DNA of 64,000 bases from the NCBI GenBank assembly GCA_051362555.1, contig CM120647.1, positions 15,910,651-15,974,650 of the forward strand, read 5' to 3'. The stretch's first letter is position 1; each line of letters begins with the position of its first letter. The notes under the pieces are model-generated. The model was not told the origin of the DNA. It saw only the letters and a program-made list of their open reading frames with translations, and ran no database searches. This stretch comes from Lingula anatina. Taxonomy: Eukaryota; Animalia; Brachiopoda. Shown one piece after another: positions 12,224 to 25,230 of the stretch. Both the position numbers and the translations under genes were made by a program.

Positions 12224-15200
12224 TTAATTTTCGAATTCTGGCCTCCTTGGCCTCTGTGACCACAGGTGCAGAGCCCTGTTAGCGTTGAATTCTTCTAATG
12301 TTGGCCCTTCAATTGACACATTGAGCAGGTCGGATGCTGTCTTGGTCTTCAAACTTGATCTCCAGTCTGATTTGATGCGCTTGAGAGCTGAAAACCCCCT
12401 TTCGCACACAGCTGAAGAGAGTGGTATAGTTAACAATATGTCTACCAGGTGGAGAACATTGTTGTATGTTTCTCTTTGGACATATAGATTTCTTATTGTC
12501 GGCAAACAGGTTGGGTTGTTTACAAGTCTCCTTCCCAAGTGTGCTTTAACTTGGGTCCACTCTATTGGTATCTGTGCTGTATCACAGTGGCGTGCAACCA
12601 GGACTGTGTCAAAGTGCCTGGCAAGGTCAACAATTTCATCATTTCCATAGGAAGCTAGGCCCTCTCTAGTATGCGGCCAGTCTTTTGTGTCAAAGATTCT
12701 GGCTTTGGTGAGAATATCTCCGTTCTGTAATCTGGCATTCATCCGGTCTCTTATATCTTCTAATACATCTGAGAAGTTATACTCCAGATCTGCAGTATAA
12801 TGAAGAATGGTCATACCCTTATAGCAAAACCCTTCTTGTTCTGTAATGTTCTCAAGCAGTGCCTGAAAATGCTCACCAGGTCCCTGCTGCAGTTGTATGA
12901 GCATTAGGTTTGCTGTTTCTACAGAGTCCAAATAGTCAACGGCAGTAAGGTTGGTCTGTTGGAACTTCAGACTTAAAGCACTAACTACTTCCAGCACATC
13001 ACACAGGAAGGCTATCCATCGAAGGATTCTAAAATCCTTCAGCTTCTTGCTCAAGAATGCTGCTCTCCCCTTAACCTCAGCTGTGACTTGGTTACCTCCT
13101 AACTGTGAGACGTGTTCAAAGTGAGTTCTTACAGAAATATATCCATCTATCAGTGCCTTAGAAGCCTTCATCAGATGAGGTAGCCACCTAGTCCCCTGTA
13201 GACGTTTTGGTTTCACATACTTCTCTTCCATAGCCTCTGCAATGTTCTTCAATTCTCTGACTGACTTAGGAGAAAAGTGGTAGTGTTTATGAAGTTTGTT
13301 TAGCATATCTCTGATGGTTTCCATCATGGGATGGGATTTAATAGCTGATAACACACCAAGTTCCAGTCGGTGGGCAACACAGTGGGTAGATATCAAATGG
13401 GGACAGTCTTCTAGAAGTCTAGATTTCACACTATTATTAATACCCACATTTACTGAAGCACCATCAGAACCCATCCCCACCAGCTTGTCTTTCCAGTCTG
13501 CACAACCAAAGTTTGTAAATGCAGAATTGATGGCATCATAAACACCCTGACTGTGAGCATGTTCCAAATCTTCCAAACCTGTAATATAATAATAATAATA
13601 ATGATGATGATGATAATGAACCTATTTAAAGTCTAAAGTCAACTAAAAGTGTTCAGTATACTTCATATTATAAAACAAATACCAAGATATATCATATGTA
13701 AACATTAAAAAATTTAAGAAAGATTAAGATTCTAGAAAATAAAAGCAATCAATAACACAATGTCCTTCAAAGCTATTACATTCTTTTATAATTACCTATA
13801 AATATCTCAGAGGGAATGCCATCCCTGACCAACCTACAGTACACTATCTCTACCTCACTCACACTGCTGTCTGTTGCCCCATCAAAAAGAATAGCAATGC
13901 TTTGGCTATTGTGCAATGCTTCCTGGTTTGGCTCTCTTATAGCCTCTGCAATGTATTTTCCAAATCTGTAATGAAAAATAAAACAATTAAACATGTACTT
14001 CAAGGCAAGTTGGCAACTGATAACTTTTTTTAATATATAATATTTTATATTGAAGTAGTTGAATTCTACTAAACAGTTTACAGTTAAAAAAATTAAAACA
14101 CTTCAAAGTGCTGAAAATGTGTCAGTAATAATCCCAGGCAATTAAAACAGACAATGAGAAAGTAGGAAAACAGAGGAAGGAAGGATTCAATATAAACCTA
14201 ACTATACATAATACAAAATAAGGAAATTTACCTAGCGCATGCCATATCTGTGTGATAGGAAGGTAATCTTGATAGGTCAGAACCATTCTTTATCTGGAGA
14301 TCCAGAAGATTAGGAAAAGATGTCCATGGCATCTCATAATGCATAACGAAATATGCTGTATTGAACATTTTTTTCAGAATCTCTTTCTCCTCTTGATTCA
14401 TCCTGCCAATTATAACATCTAGGGGGCCTGCAGGCTCACCCTTGGCCTCTCTTCGTTGTGCCCTTTCAGCCTCTTCACACAGTGAATGCTTTCGAGTGGC
14501 AAAGTGAGCCTGAATGTTATCTATTCTATAGGACTGACAACCTGTCACAAATGATGACTGTCCTGCCTTCTCCTTCCACTTCTCACATATGCTACATATC
14601 ATTCCTGAAAAAGAGAGTATGAATTGATAGTAAAAGATATGGCAAATGGCATGTCAATTCAACTTAAAATCTTGAAACTAAACATCAAATTAAGAAATCA
14701 ATAAATTTAGTTTAATTTTACAAAATGATTTTACATTAAAATGCTAATGAACAGCAGATTATCGCCATATCCAGGCAATTTTGCACCCCCCCCCCCCCCC
14801 ACACACACACAGTGGATAAGTCTTTCTTTTTACTGTTTTTTCAAAAACCAGTCATCCTGTGACCTTGATAAATGTCTCGACTACTCAAATTAATTAGTTT
14901 GACAATGTATCACCTCATTTTTGTGTATGTAGATGAAACTACCTACCCGTATGACCAACAAGATTTACGCCGGAAGTGATCTCGACTCTCATTTAAAGTG
15001 AGTGAATAGAAGTTTCTTGTCAAAACTTCGCAAAAATAGTAAGAAAATTACCAAGCAAGTCAATTTTTATAACTACAAAGATACTGAATTGGTTAACTCG
15101 CATCTTAACTAAATGCAGAAATATTGTTGAGAATCAATGGGGGGGGGGTCCACGTGATGATAAAATTTTATCAGTGTTTGATCATCTTACCTTTGTCAGT

Positions 15201-15353
15201 GTCCTTTAGACCAGGAAACATGGTCCCCCATGCCGCCACCCATCCGCGCTTTCTTTTTACTTCATATTTTTTCTGTGACAAAGGGTCTGGTGGCGATCTT
15301 TTAGTGGGTGACGATCTTTTAGAAAAAAACTTCGACAAGTACGTCTGCGCCAT
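12224..15353 (-). CDS. hAT (ZNF862-like) transposase, 4 exons: 15353-15191, 14604-14232, 13965-13796, 13578-12224; 686 aa
   Basis: GT-AG introns join in frame (163+373+170+1355=2061 nt). N-terminal W..FP.L...MICSIC...H....H zinc-finger-like region, LFDGATD, GSDGAS, CVAH (CxxH), and LTIPLSSAVCERGFS dimerisation motif. Confidence 0.9.
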
Positions 15354-15529
15354 TTTGTCGTCGTGAATGTACGCGAAAACAAAGACTAAGTACGCAAAAC
15401 AAAATAAAATAACATTTTTTATGTACAGACACAGATGTGTCTGTACATATAGCCATCATCTGCGTCTGTCGTCGCCGTCGCCGTCGTCGCTGTCGTCGCC
15501 GTCGTCGCCGTCGCCGTGCACTTTTACCG

Positions 15530-16457
15530 ATAACACGATAAGTGGAAAACCATTTTGCCTTTTGATTTGAAACTTGCAGAACTGATGAATATTCATAAGA
15601 CGCAGGTCAAGTTCGAAAATCAGCATGATCGGGTCACTCTTAGGGAATTTATGCTGTTTTTTCACTTTTTCAACATATATGCAGCACCGATAACACGATA
15701 AGTGGAAAACCATTTTACCTTTTGGCTTGAAACTTACAGAACTGATGAATATTCATAATACGCAGGTCAAGTTCGAAAATCAGCATGATCGGGTCATTTT
15801 TAGGGAATTTATGCTGTTTTTTCACTTTTTTCAGCATATATGCAGCACCGATAACACGATAAGTGAAAAACCATTTTACCTTTTGGCTTGAAAGTTACAG
15901 AACTGATGAATATTCATAATACGCAGGTCAAGTTCGAAAATCAGCATGATCGGGTCATTTTTAGGGAATTTATGCTGTTTTTTCACTTTTTTCAGCATAT
16001 ATGCAACCCTGATAACACGATAAGTGGAAAACCATTCTACCTTTTGGCTTGAAACTTACAAAACTGATTAATATTCATAATACACAGGTCAAGTTCGAAA
16101 ATCAGCATGATTGGGTCATTTTTAGGGAATTTATGCTGTTTTTTCACTTTTTTTCAGCATATATGCAGCACCGATAACACCATAAGTGGAAAACCAATTT
16201 ACCTTTTGGCTTGAAACTTGCAGAACTGATAAATATTCATAATACGCAAGTCAAGTTCGAAAATCAGCATGATTCGATTATTGTTAGGGAATTTATGCTG
16301 TTTTTTCACTTTTTTCAGCATATATGCAGCACTGATAACACAATAAGTGGAAAACTGTTTTTTCATTTGGCTTGAAACTTACAGAACTAATGAATATTCA
16401 TAATACGCAGGTCAAGTTTGAAAATCAGCAAGATCGGGCAATTTTTATGGAAGTTAT

Positions 16458-16497
<40 letters not shown>

Positions 16498-16800
16498 CTT
16501 TTCAATTTTTTCAGCACTTTTATAACACCGATAACATGATAAGTGTAAAAATGTTTTTCCTTTCCTTGGATTGAAATTTACAGAACTGGTGAATATTTAT
16601 AATACGCAGGTCAAGTTTGAAAATTGGCATGATTGGACTATTTTTACAAAAGTAATGCTGTTTTTTTCCCTTTATTCAGCATACATGCAACACTGATAAC
16701 GCATTTTAAGGAAAACCATCAGCCTTTTGTCTTGCAACTCACAGGAGTGATCAATCTGACCAGTATACAGATCAAGTTTGAAAATAAGCTTGATCAGTTA
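15530..16800 (+). repeat. ~160-bp satellite-like tandem array (7-8 monomers)
   Basis: CAGGTCAAGTT(C/T)GAAAAT marker recurs near 15601, 15761, 15922, 16083, 16245, 16406, 16605; degenerates toward the 3' end. Confidence 0.9.
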
Positions 16801-19225
16801 AGTTTTGATGAAGTTATTAGCCTTTTTGTATATAAGTGGTTTTTCTTCAGATTTAATTCTTAAGCATGTTAACAGTCTCATAACGGTACTAATTGGATAT
16901 GTTAAAGTGTTGTTTTAACATTTTCTGCTTCTTAACAATATTGTTAGTTGATTATATAAAAATGACGGTAAAACTATTATCCTGCATTGTGTAATAAAGT
17001 ATCAAAAATGGAAAGGAACTCATCATTGCAGTTCGTCAGATTCAATCATTCACTATGTTCAGAATCTCCAAATGCAGCTAATTGGACATTATAAATTGTT
17101 CTATTGATATTTTTCCTATGTCAACAATTTTCCTAGTTGATCATTTAAAAATGACAGTTAATTGATGATGGTTTTATGTAAAAAAGGTGTTGAAAATGGA
17201 AAGAAAATCATTTCAGTACAGTTATCTCTTGTTAACATTTTGGCATTTTGAAAGTGTGACCCTAACTTCCATGTCCTTGGAGACCTTTCCATATCACATT
17301 TTCTGAATATCCATGATACTTTTATTTTTTTATAAAAAATTTGATGGTCATTATGCTGTTAAGTATTATGTTATATTGCATGAAAGTTAAAGAAAACCCT
17401 ATTTTGGACACTGCTGCCAGGATAGCGATTAAGGGAAAACCATGTTACTTATGATAATCAACCTTACTGAAAAGACTGAAGTGCAGCTTGTGTTGGAAAA
17501 CCATCGTAATTGTTTTCTGTTTTGAAAGCAATGCAGTACAGTGCTATTTGGTGCAATAAATGTATATGGATAGTAGGCAGTTATAAAATAATTTGCTTAA
17601 TTGATTTTCAAGTTATTTCAGGGTTATAAAATAATTTGCTTAATTAAATTTCAAGTGGGTATTAAATGAGATTACATAAACACACATTGAGATTTCTTTG
17701 TAAAGTCCCATCGGTTTAGCTTTCTTAACTGTGTCACATAATTAGGAATCGATGATTATTATGCAGGTAAATGTTATTTAATATGGAAAATAAGTGTACA
17801 AAAAAAAATTTGTGTAACGCTTACATTAATGCTAAAGATGAATAACAGTGCCTTATTATTCTCAAACTCAATAGGGTTATTCATATCATGTTAGTAATTG
17901 TACAGCTAGATTAAAAGTTTGAATAGCAGCTTTATTGGTATTTTTTATGCTGTTTTTTTCACTTTTTTCAACATATATGCAACATTAATAACACAATATA
18001 AGAAAAACAGCTTAGCCAATTGTCATTATACTCACAGGAGTGGTCAATCTTACAAAAGTGCAGGTTGAGTTCGAAAATCAGTGTTATCGGGCCATTATTT
18101 TAGAAGTTGTACTGTTTTTTCAAATTTCCTCAGATTCAATTCTTAGGCATGTTAACAGTCTCATTATTGAACTAATAAGATACGTAAAAGTGTGTGTTTG
18201 ATATTTCCTGCATCTTTACAACATTGTTAGTTGATTATGTAAAAATGATGGTAAACTTGTTATCATGTATTGTGTAATCAAGTGTCCAAAACGGAAATAA
18301 ACTCATATCATTGCAGTTTGTCAGATTCAATCATCCACATCTGCCATGATGACCATGATGGGAAAACCGTGTTACTTATGATTGTCAAACTTTCAAAAAA
18401 GAAACACAGGACTAAAATGCAGCCCAAGTTGGAAAAGCAGTCTAATGGGCTTCTTTTTCTGGAAGTTATACATTTTAGTGAAATATTCATTATCTTTTTG
18501 GCATATTCATTGTGGGACTCGGAGCTCCCATGGACATGAAGCCGGATGGTAATCAAATTTTCTACATGTTCATGCTATTTATAGTCAATAATCAAAAATT
18601 GGTGATAATTATTCTATAATTTATTATGTAATGTTACATCAAAATTGACAATAATCTTTTTGCACTGCTACTGCAAACATTATGAAAAGAAAACTGTGTT
18701 ATTTATTATTATATTTAACTTAAGAGTATGATTTTTAGGATTGGCATGCAGTTCAAATTAGAAAGCCAGGTCAAATGGGTTATCATTTATTATTGAATTT
18801 AATGCAATTTTGTGTGAAATTTCATTTTTCTCATTCTGGCACTTTCTAAGTATAAACTTGAACTCTGATGGGCCTGAAGCCTTATGCTTTTACTTTCATC
18901 GGTGTTACCTGTTGTGCAAAATTAAAATTTGATGTTGACTGTGCAGTTAAACATAATGTATTATTGCATCAGAAGTGGTAGTCTCCTATTTTGTGCATTA
19001 TTGTTTTGTGCTCTTCTTAAGTTGTGACTTATGGGCCTGAAAGACCTTTGAGAGGGTCAGTCTATAAATTTCCCTTGGGTATCACTTCGCTAATTTCAGT
19101 TATAAACTAATTTGCCTAATGGGGAATACCCGCTTTAAGGGTCTGCCGCTAGATGGCGTGGGGGTGAAAGCAGTCCTTCTTAAATCTCGCAGAATCTCGC
19201 TCACGGCTTTACACCAGAGTTTAAC

Positions 19226-20432
19226 ATGGAGCGTGTGCACGCGTCGCTGACAGTGAACCAACTCAAACGCAATTTACTTGAATGTGGTGCCATAACATCT
19301 GGATGAAAATGTGAATTGACTGAAAGGTATGTGTTTTCTTTTCATTTAGTGCTTGAAAAACAAGAATGCTAACTATTTTCCTTGAAAAAAATCGAACATT
19401 AGTCGAGGTGTGTGTGTCAAATCTGACATGTTACATGTATGTACTAGTACATGTAGACTACTGTAGGTACGAGTAGGCCTACGCTCATATTTTGTTTTAG
19501 TAGCACGAAAGACGAAGATTTTTTATACTTAGTAAATGTACTTATTTTTTTCTTTATAAGGTTACCCAAAGAAGGCCCATATATTGGGGGCAAAGCCTGA
19601 AACTGTCGATTTCAGGACCCCAGGACAGCCAACTTCAAGAGCAGGATAAAATGATTACTTCAGGAATCTTACCCGTCACTTCACATCAGCGGCAAAGATT
19701 GATGTAGCCACCAGTTATGCCTACCCTAAAGCTGACTTACAGGCGGCTGTGATGGACAACAACTATTGCCAAGTGCCATGAAAACAATAATGCATGGATA
19801 GAGGGAATGATGTAAGTGAAAACAGAGGTCTAATATTAAGAATCAGGCCCAAATATGAGAAAGAATTATCAAACTAGGTGATGTGTGACATCATAGAAAT
19901 ATAAAATTGTATCTTAACTATTTAATGCTGTAACCATCTACCATGCTTTAATGGGATATGACTATTTCAGGTTGAGGAACAAACAGCGAAGGACACTGAG
20001 CATAGCAAGTTACAACAAGGAAAGAGCGCAATCTGACACAAAGAGAGACAATGGCGGATCACTGCTTCCAGATTTGGAGAGATAATGTCAGCTACAGAGA
20101 AGAAGTATATGAACAAACTGTATGAATAATTGTTGTGTCCAAAACCATTGCAGACACATGACAGTTGGACCCGGACCCGATTTCCCCTTTTTGGAATGTG
20201 TACCTCGTGCACGAATCTGGGCCTAAAGAAAACCCGCAAATACTATACTAAGTTAGAAGGCCAGATGTTCATTACAAATCGCCCATTCTGCTATTTTGCT
20301 GTGTTTACATTCAAAGATCTGTTTGTGGGGTTGATTCATTCTGACGCTGGATATTTTTCTACATGTATTTTGCCCAGGATAACTTTTTTTAATGAAAAAC
20401 ACTATAGGAAGTATGTGTCAACCAGTTTATAG
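19226..20432 (+). pseudogene. ISL2EU SAP-YqaJ (lambda exonuclease-like) gene remnant
   Basis: MERVHASLTVNQLKRNLLECGAITSG*KCELTER (SAP-like), *HKERQWRITASRFGEI, and YYTKLEGQMFITNRPFCYFAVFT (YqaJ motifs). Contains stops; nuclease core missing. Confidence 0.78.
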
Positions 20433-21369
20433 AAAGTACCCCTGTATGAGATGGTTTTAGCTGCAATCATAATTTTGAAGTGCAATTTTAAAAAATGTTT
20501 TCACTAAAATGAAATAATTTGGTGGTGCTATATTCTTTACAAAAAGTACTTATGTGTTTATGCTGTTTTTAATAATATTTAACTGTAATGAAAAAAAACC
20601 CATGATGCTATTTTGTAAAGTATTTTAGTGGGATGAAATAAATTGCTAGTTGTATTTACAGCAAATAATTTGGTTTTTCTGCTTTTTAAAGAATTTTCAA
20701 AGTGATGACATAATGTGGTGGTTCTATTCAAGTAAAATAATTCATAAGTACTATTTTGTAAAAAGGAACAAAAAACTGTTAATTTGTAAAATGTTTGCTT
20801 TCTTTAATTTTTATTTCTTAAACTGTTACAAAAAGTTTTCCATACCTACAGTAATCCATTGGCTGAGAAATTGCAGCTATATATTCAGGAAAGTTATAGC
20901 ACAAATAAATTATCTAAGTATTACATGGTTTCATGGTTTTTACTATGGACTGAATAATTATTTTGTTTAAATAAAATATTTGGTTTTGCTGCTTTTTAAT
21001 GAATTTTCAGAGCGATGAAATAATATGGTGTTTCTACTCAAGTAAAACAATTCAGAAGTGCTATTTTGTAAAAAAAAAGAACAAAAACTGTTCATTTATA
21101 AAATGTTTTCTTTCTTTAAATTTTATTTCTTAAACTGTTACAAAAAGATTTCCAAACATGCATTATTCCATTGGCTGAGAAATTGCATCTATACATGAAC
21201 AAATAAATTATCTAACTATACCTAGTTTTATGATTCTTACGAGGTACTGAATAATGATTTTAAATAAAAATAATTATTTAATTAACATTACCGGTCATGC
21301 TCAATACATCAATAAAAAAGGATATTACTTAATAACACAACCTTATGCGGGTAGTAGGCTACCGGGACT

Positions 21370-21718
21370 TATACATATTTACTGACAACTCTTCTGAAAT
21401 TACGGACATAAGAAAACGCACTTTGATAAATCATACTTCCTAGGGGCACTTTCTTGCTATGGAGCTCTCTTTCCAAAACTTTATAAGTTTTGCCAAGATC
21501 AATTAACCTTTTTACGTGTAGGCCTATTCTTTTTGAGGCAACTCGTCTATCTTTAGGGGCCTAATTACTGTTCCTGGGTCAAGTTGTAACTGACCCTTTA
21601 ACATGGAAGGTGTGTTGACATGGGCAACCCTTCACTTCAAACGAAGCCCTGAATCCTCAAGAAAATTATGCCCACCTTGCCGACTTTGACATTCAGGTAC
21701 ACAACAATACTGAGGCAT
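21370..21718 (-). pseudogene. ISL2EU THAP-DDE transposase remnant
   Basis: MPQYCCVPECQSRQGGHNFLEDSGLRLK*RVA (THAP-like start) joined directly to VNTPSMLKGQLQL...KDRRVASKRI..HVKRLI (DDE_Tnp_4-type C-terminus). Left boundary approximate. Confidence 0.75.
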
Positions 21719-22041
21719 GTTTATTAAGGCCAGTACCACAGTCCAACGTATACAATATCCAACATGGCGACCTAGGAAGGACTGAATTCACACTAGCGAC
21801 ACCTGGCGCCAAGCGGGCTGGTATTCCCCATTGATAGGCTACATAAAGCACACTTGTGATTTGAGATTACATAAAGCACACTTGTTGATATTTCCCTGTA
21901 AACTCCCATAGGTTAAGCTCTCTGCTAGATTAATAATAAGGAAGCAGTGATAATTATGCAGGTAAATTTTGTTTAATATTGCAAATAAGTTATATATATA
22001 TAAAGATGAAAAGTTTGAATAGCAGCTTCATTGGAATTATA

Positions 22042-22229
22042 TTTACCTCTGCCAAGGAGGTTATATTTTCACCCCTGTTTGTCATCAACATAACTCAAAA
22101 AGTTATGGACCGATTTTGCTGAAATTTTCAGGAACTGTCAGAAGTGGGCCAAAGAGGACAAAAATCAATAATAATCAACAATTGCTACCTTGGCAGAGGT
22201 CTGCACTCTCGGAGTGCTTTTCTAGTTTT
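22042..22229 (+). mobile_element. Short second-family HINE-like element
   Basis: TTACCTCTGCCAAGGAGGT head, TTGGCAGAGGT subTIR, GCACTCTCGGAGTGC hairpin, CTAGTT end. A related 3' end lies near 58445-58480. Confidence 0.68.
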
Positions 22230-23524
22230 GTTATGTTTTCCTTTATAATTTTTTCTCAAACACTTGCATTTGTGACTTTAAACTCTCATCCACCTGAGAC
22301 TCTGACATTTCTGTTTTTCCACATAAGCAGTTGTATTGTTTTTTATGTCTTTAAACATTATGTTACTTATGTAATATTATTTTATGCACTGTCATCATTT
22401 TTCAAATATTGAGACTTACATCATGTGAATTTGAACTCTCATGGTCCTGAAACTGTAATCTTATTGAAAGGGTAGATTGAGACCATCTTCTGGGACTTCC
22501 GGAAGACAGTCAGGTTATTAAGTTTATATTGCCTGGTATCTATTTTTTCTTCTGTTGGAAGACCATCAAAATGGAGGATGGATCAAAATAGATACTTTGG
22601 AATACTGTCAGAGAATATCTCTGGGTCCGCTCATGTTATTGACCATTTTACCTGTTGTGCATGATTATAAAATTCAGTGTTGACTGACAGTGCTATTATA
22701 AGCATTATTTATTATTGCATCAAAATTAACAAAATGACCTTTTTTGCATCTTTATTTTCTGTTTTTTGTCTGTACATTTGACAGCTTTGCTGCCTTGTTA
22801 TTGAGTATTAACCAAATCCAATATATACAAAGAGTATTAAGTCAATATAATATAAGGTTTATTTAAAAGTAAAAATAGAGAAAGTTTATATCGACCACGC
22901 TAGAAACTTCACTTCGCGTAGGAATACGCTAACCTTTACAGCATGAACTATTTGAATACGTTATATTGCACTTGGCGCATCTGACGCAATCGTGCAACGC
23001 TTTGTTTGTTGACAAAAAGCAAGCGTTGCAGTTTACGAGTGCGTCGTAACTTTATCGTGCAAAAGGGAAAAACACGTAAAAAATTCAATATTTTAACATC
23101 AGATGTAACACTGCACTGCCGATAGGAAAAAAATCACTTGTCCGTCGGGCAACTGGACGTAAAATTTACTTGCCCGACCGCAGATTTTAATTGCCCCGGG
23201 CAATCGGACAACCGTTTGTGTTGAGCCCTGATTTCCATAGATTAGATCGACCTACTTTGGATCGACCTAACTCCCTGGGGGTTTGCACTGAATAGCTGTC
23301 AGCCGGGCGGACACGAAAGTTAATTGCCCCTTACAGCTTGTAGTGGGCGGGGACGGACACTTAAGGGGGGTTATCTGACGGTAGTCTGGTGAGACTCCCC
23401 GCGGTGATAGATCGATCTAAAGTTGTGGGAATAGACCCTAAAATACAGCTTCAGTAGGCAATGCAGCCTGTTTGGTAATTCTTTCTTCCAGTAAAACAGT
23501 TTTTTTTTTTTTGATGAAATTTAA

Positions 23525-25230
23525 TTTTTATGTACAGACACAGATGTGTCTGTACATATTGCCATCACCTGCGTCTGTCGTTGCCGTCGCCAACGCCGAT
23601 CATGTCGCCGTGCACTTTCATCGTTAACACGATAAGTGGAAGACAGTTTTACTTTTTGGCTTTATATTTACAGAGCTGATGAATATTCATAAAACGCAGG
23701 TCAAGTTCGAAAATCAGCATGATCGGGCCATTATTGTAGAATTTATGCTGTTTTTTCACTTTTCAGCATATATGCATCACTGTTAACACATTTCAAGGAA
23801 AACTGATAGGCCTGTTGTCATGAAACTCACAGGAGTAATCAATCTTACTAAAACGCAGATCAAGTTCGAAAATCAGCATGATCGGGCCACTATTTTAGTA
23901 GTTATGCTGTTTTTTCACTTTTCAGCATACATGCAACACTGTTAACACATTTCAAGGAAAACCCATAGGCCTGTTGTCATGAAACTCACAGGAGTAATCA
24001 ATCTTACTAAAACGCAGGTCAAGTTCGAAAATCAGCATAATCGGGGCATTATTTTATAAGTTATGCTGTTTTTTCACATTTCCTCAGATTCAATTCTTAG
24101 GCATGTTAACAGTCTCATTTTTAAATTATAAGATGCCTAAAAGTGTTTGTTTGATATTTCCTGCATCTTTACAACATTGTTAGTTGATTATGTAAAAAAA
24201 CATGGTAAACTTGTTATCATGTATTGTGTAATAAAGTGTCAAAAATGGAAATAAACTCATATCATTGCAGTTTGTCAGATTCAATCATCCACTATGTTCA
24301 GAATCTCAGAAGGGAGGAAATTGGACATTTAACACTGTTCTATTGATACTTTTCCCATCTCATCAATTTTCTTAGTTGGTCATATAAAATGGCAGTAAAA
24401 TGTTTATTTTGTTTTATGTTAAAAAAGTGTTAAAAATGGAAATAAACCCATTTCAGAACAGTGCTGTCTTGTTTACATTTTGGCATTTTCAAGGCGTGAC
24501 TTTGAAGTTCCATGGGCCTGAAGACCTTTGCTAGTCACATTTTCTGAATATCTGTGGAACAAATATTTTATAATTAAAAATTAATGGTCATTAAGCTGTT
24601 AAACATTATGTAATATTGCTTCAAAATTTGAAGAAACCCCTATTTTGGGCACTGCTTCCATGATGACCATTTAAGGAAAATCATGTCACTTACTGTTCTC
24701 AGACTTACAGGAAAGAAACATGGGACTAAAATACAGCTTCAGTAGGCAATGCAGTCTGTTTGGTATTTTTATTTATTTATTTATTTTTTTTTTTGGCAGT
24801 TAAACAGTTTTTTGTGAAAATTTAATTTTTCACATATTGGCATTTTCAAGGTGTGACTTTAAAGTTCCATGATCTTGAAGACTTTTGCTTGTCACATTTT
24901 CTGAATGTCCATGTTACTAATATTTTATTAATAACATTTGATTGTCATTATGCTGTTAAACATTATGTAATGTTGCATCAAAATTTGAAGAAACCCCTAT
25001 TTTGGGCACTGCTCCTATGATGACCATTTAAGGGAAATCATGTCACTTACTGTTCTCAAACTTACAGGAAAGAAACATGGGTCTAACATACAGCTTCAAT
25101 AGGCAACGCAGTCTGTTTGGTAATTTTTTCTGGCAATTTAACAGTTTTTTGTGAAAATTTAATTTTTCACTTATTTGCATCTTTATTTTCTGTTCTTTGT
25201 CTGTACATTTGACAGCTTTGCTGCCTTGTT
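23525..25230 (+). mobile_element. HINE-like element, copy 5 (inserted in copy 3)
   Basis: Full 5' palindrome at 23530 and 3' end at 25230; host sequence resumes afterwards. Confidence 0.82.

Larger units (their letters stand above)
19121..21829. mobile_element. Decayed, internally deleted ISL2EU transposon
   Basis: TIR GGGGAATACC / GGTATTCCCC, AT dinucleotide on both flanks, convergent YqaJ-type and THAP-DDE remnants. Confidence 0.82.
15415..22799 (+). mobile_element. HINE-like element, copy 4 (divergent long variant inside the hAT)
   Basis: Same 5' palindrome and 3' subTIR/hairpin, different monomer variant, hosts further insertions. Confidence 0.8.
11928..23230 (-). mobile_element. hAT DNA transposon (hAT5-like, 5-bp TSD), about 3.9 kb plus 7.4 kb nested cargo
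   Basis: TIRs CAGGGCTCAACA(T/C)AAA at 11928 and reverse complement ending 23230. ATTTC direct repeat at 11923-11927 and 23231-23235. Subterminal TTGCCC/GGGCAA motifs at both ends. Encodes a transposase. Confidence 0.9.
11917..23438. mobile_element. PIF/Harbinger-like MITE (~215 bp) split by the hAT
   Basis: TAA duplicated at 11914-11916 and 23439-23441; the empty site GGGAC-TAA-AATACAG is seen in sibling HINE copies. Imperfect TIR sharing TTAGATCGA.CTA. Confidence 0.72.

Noticed and set aside
12285-13541. Plus-strand ORFs of 121 and 81 aa
   Set aside because: Antisense shadows of the transposase exon.
12224-15353. Domesticated ZNF862-like host gene
   Set aside because: Bounded by TIRs and a TSD and inserted in young repeats, so it is a transposon.
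15530-16800. Regularly spaced repeats as a CRISPR-like array
   Set aside because: Whole monomers repeat with no unique spacers, no cas genes, eukaryotic context.
19121-21829. Viral or bacterial horizontal transfer of a YqaJ recombinase
   Set aside because: The remnant has intron-like breaks and is paired with THAP-DDE inside TIRs with AT flanks, the known ISL2EU layout.
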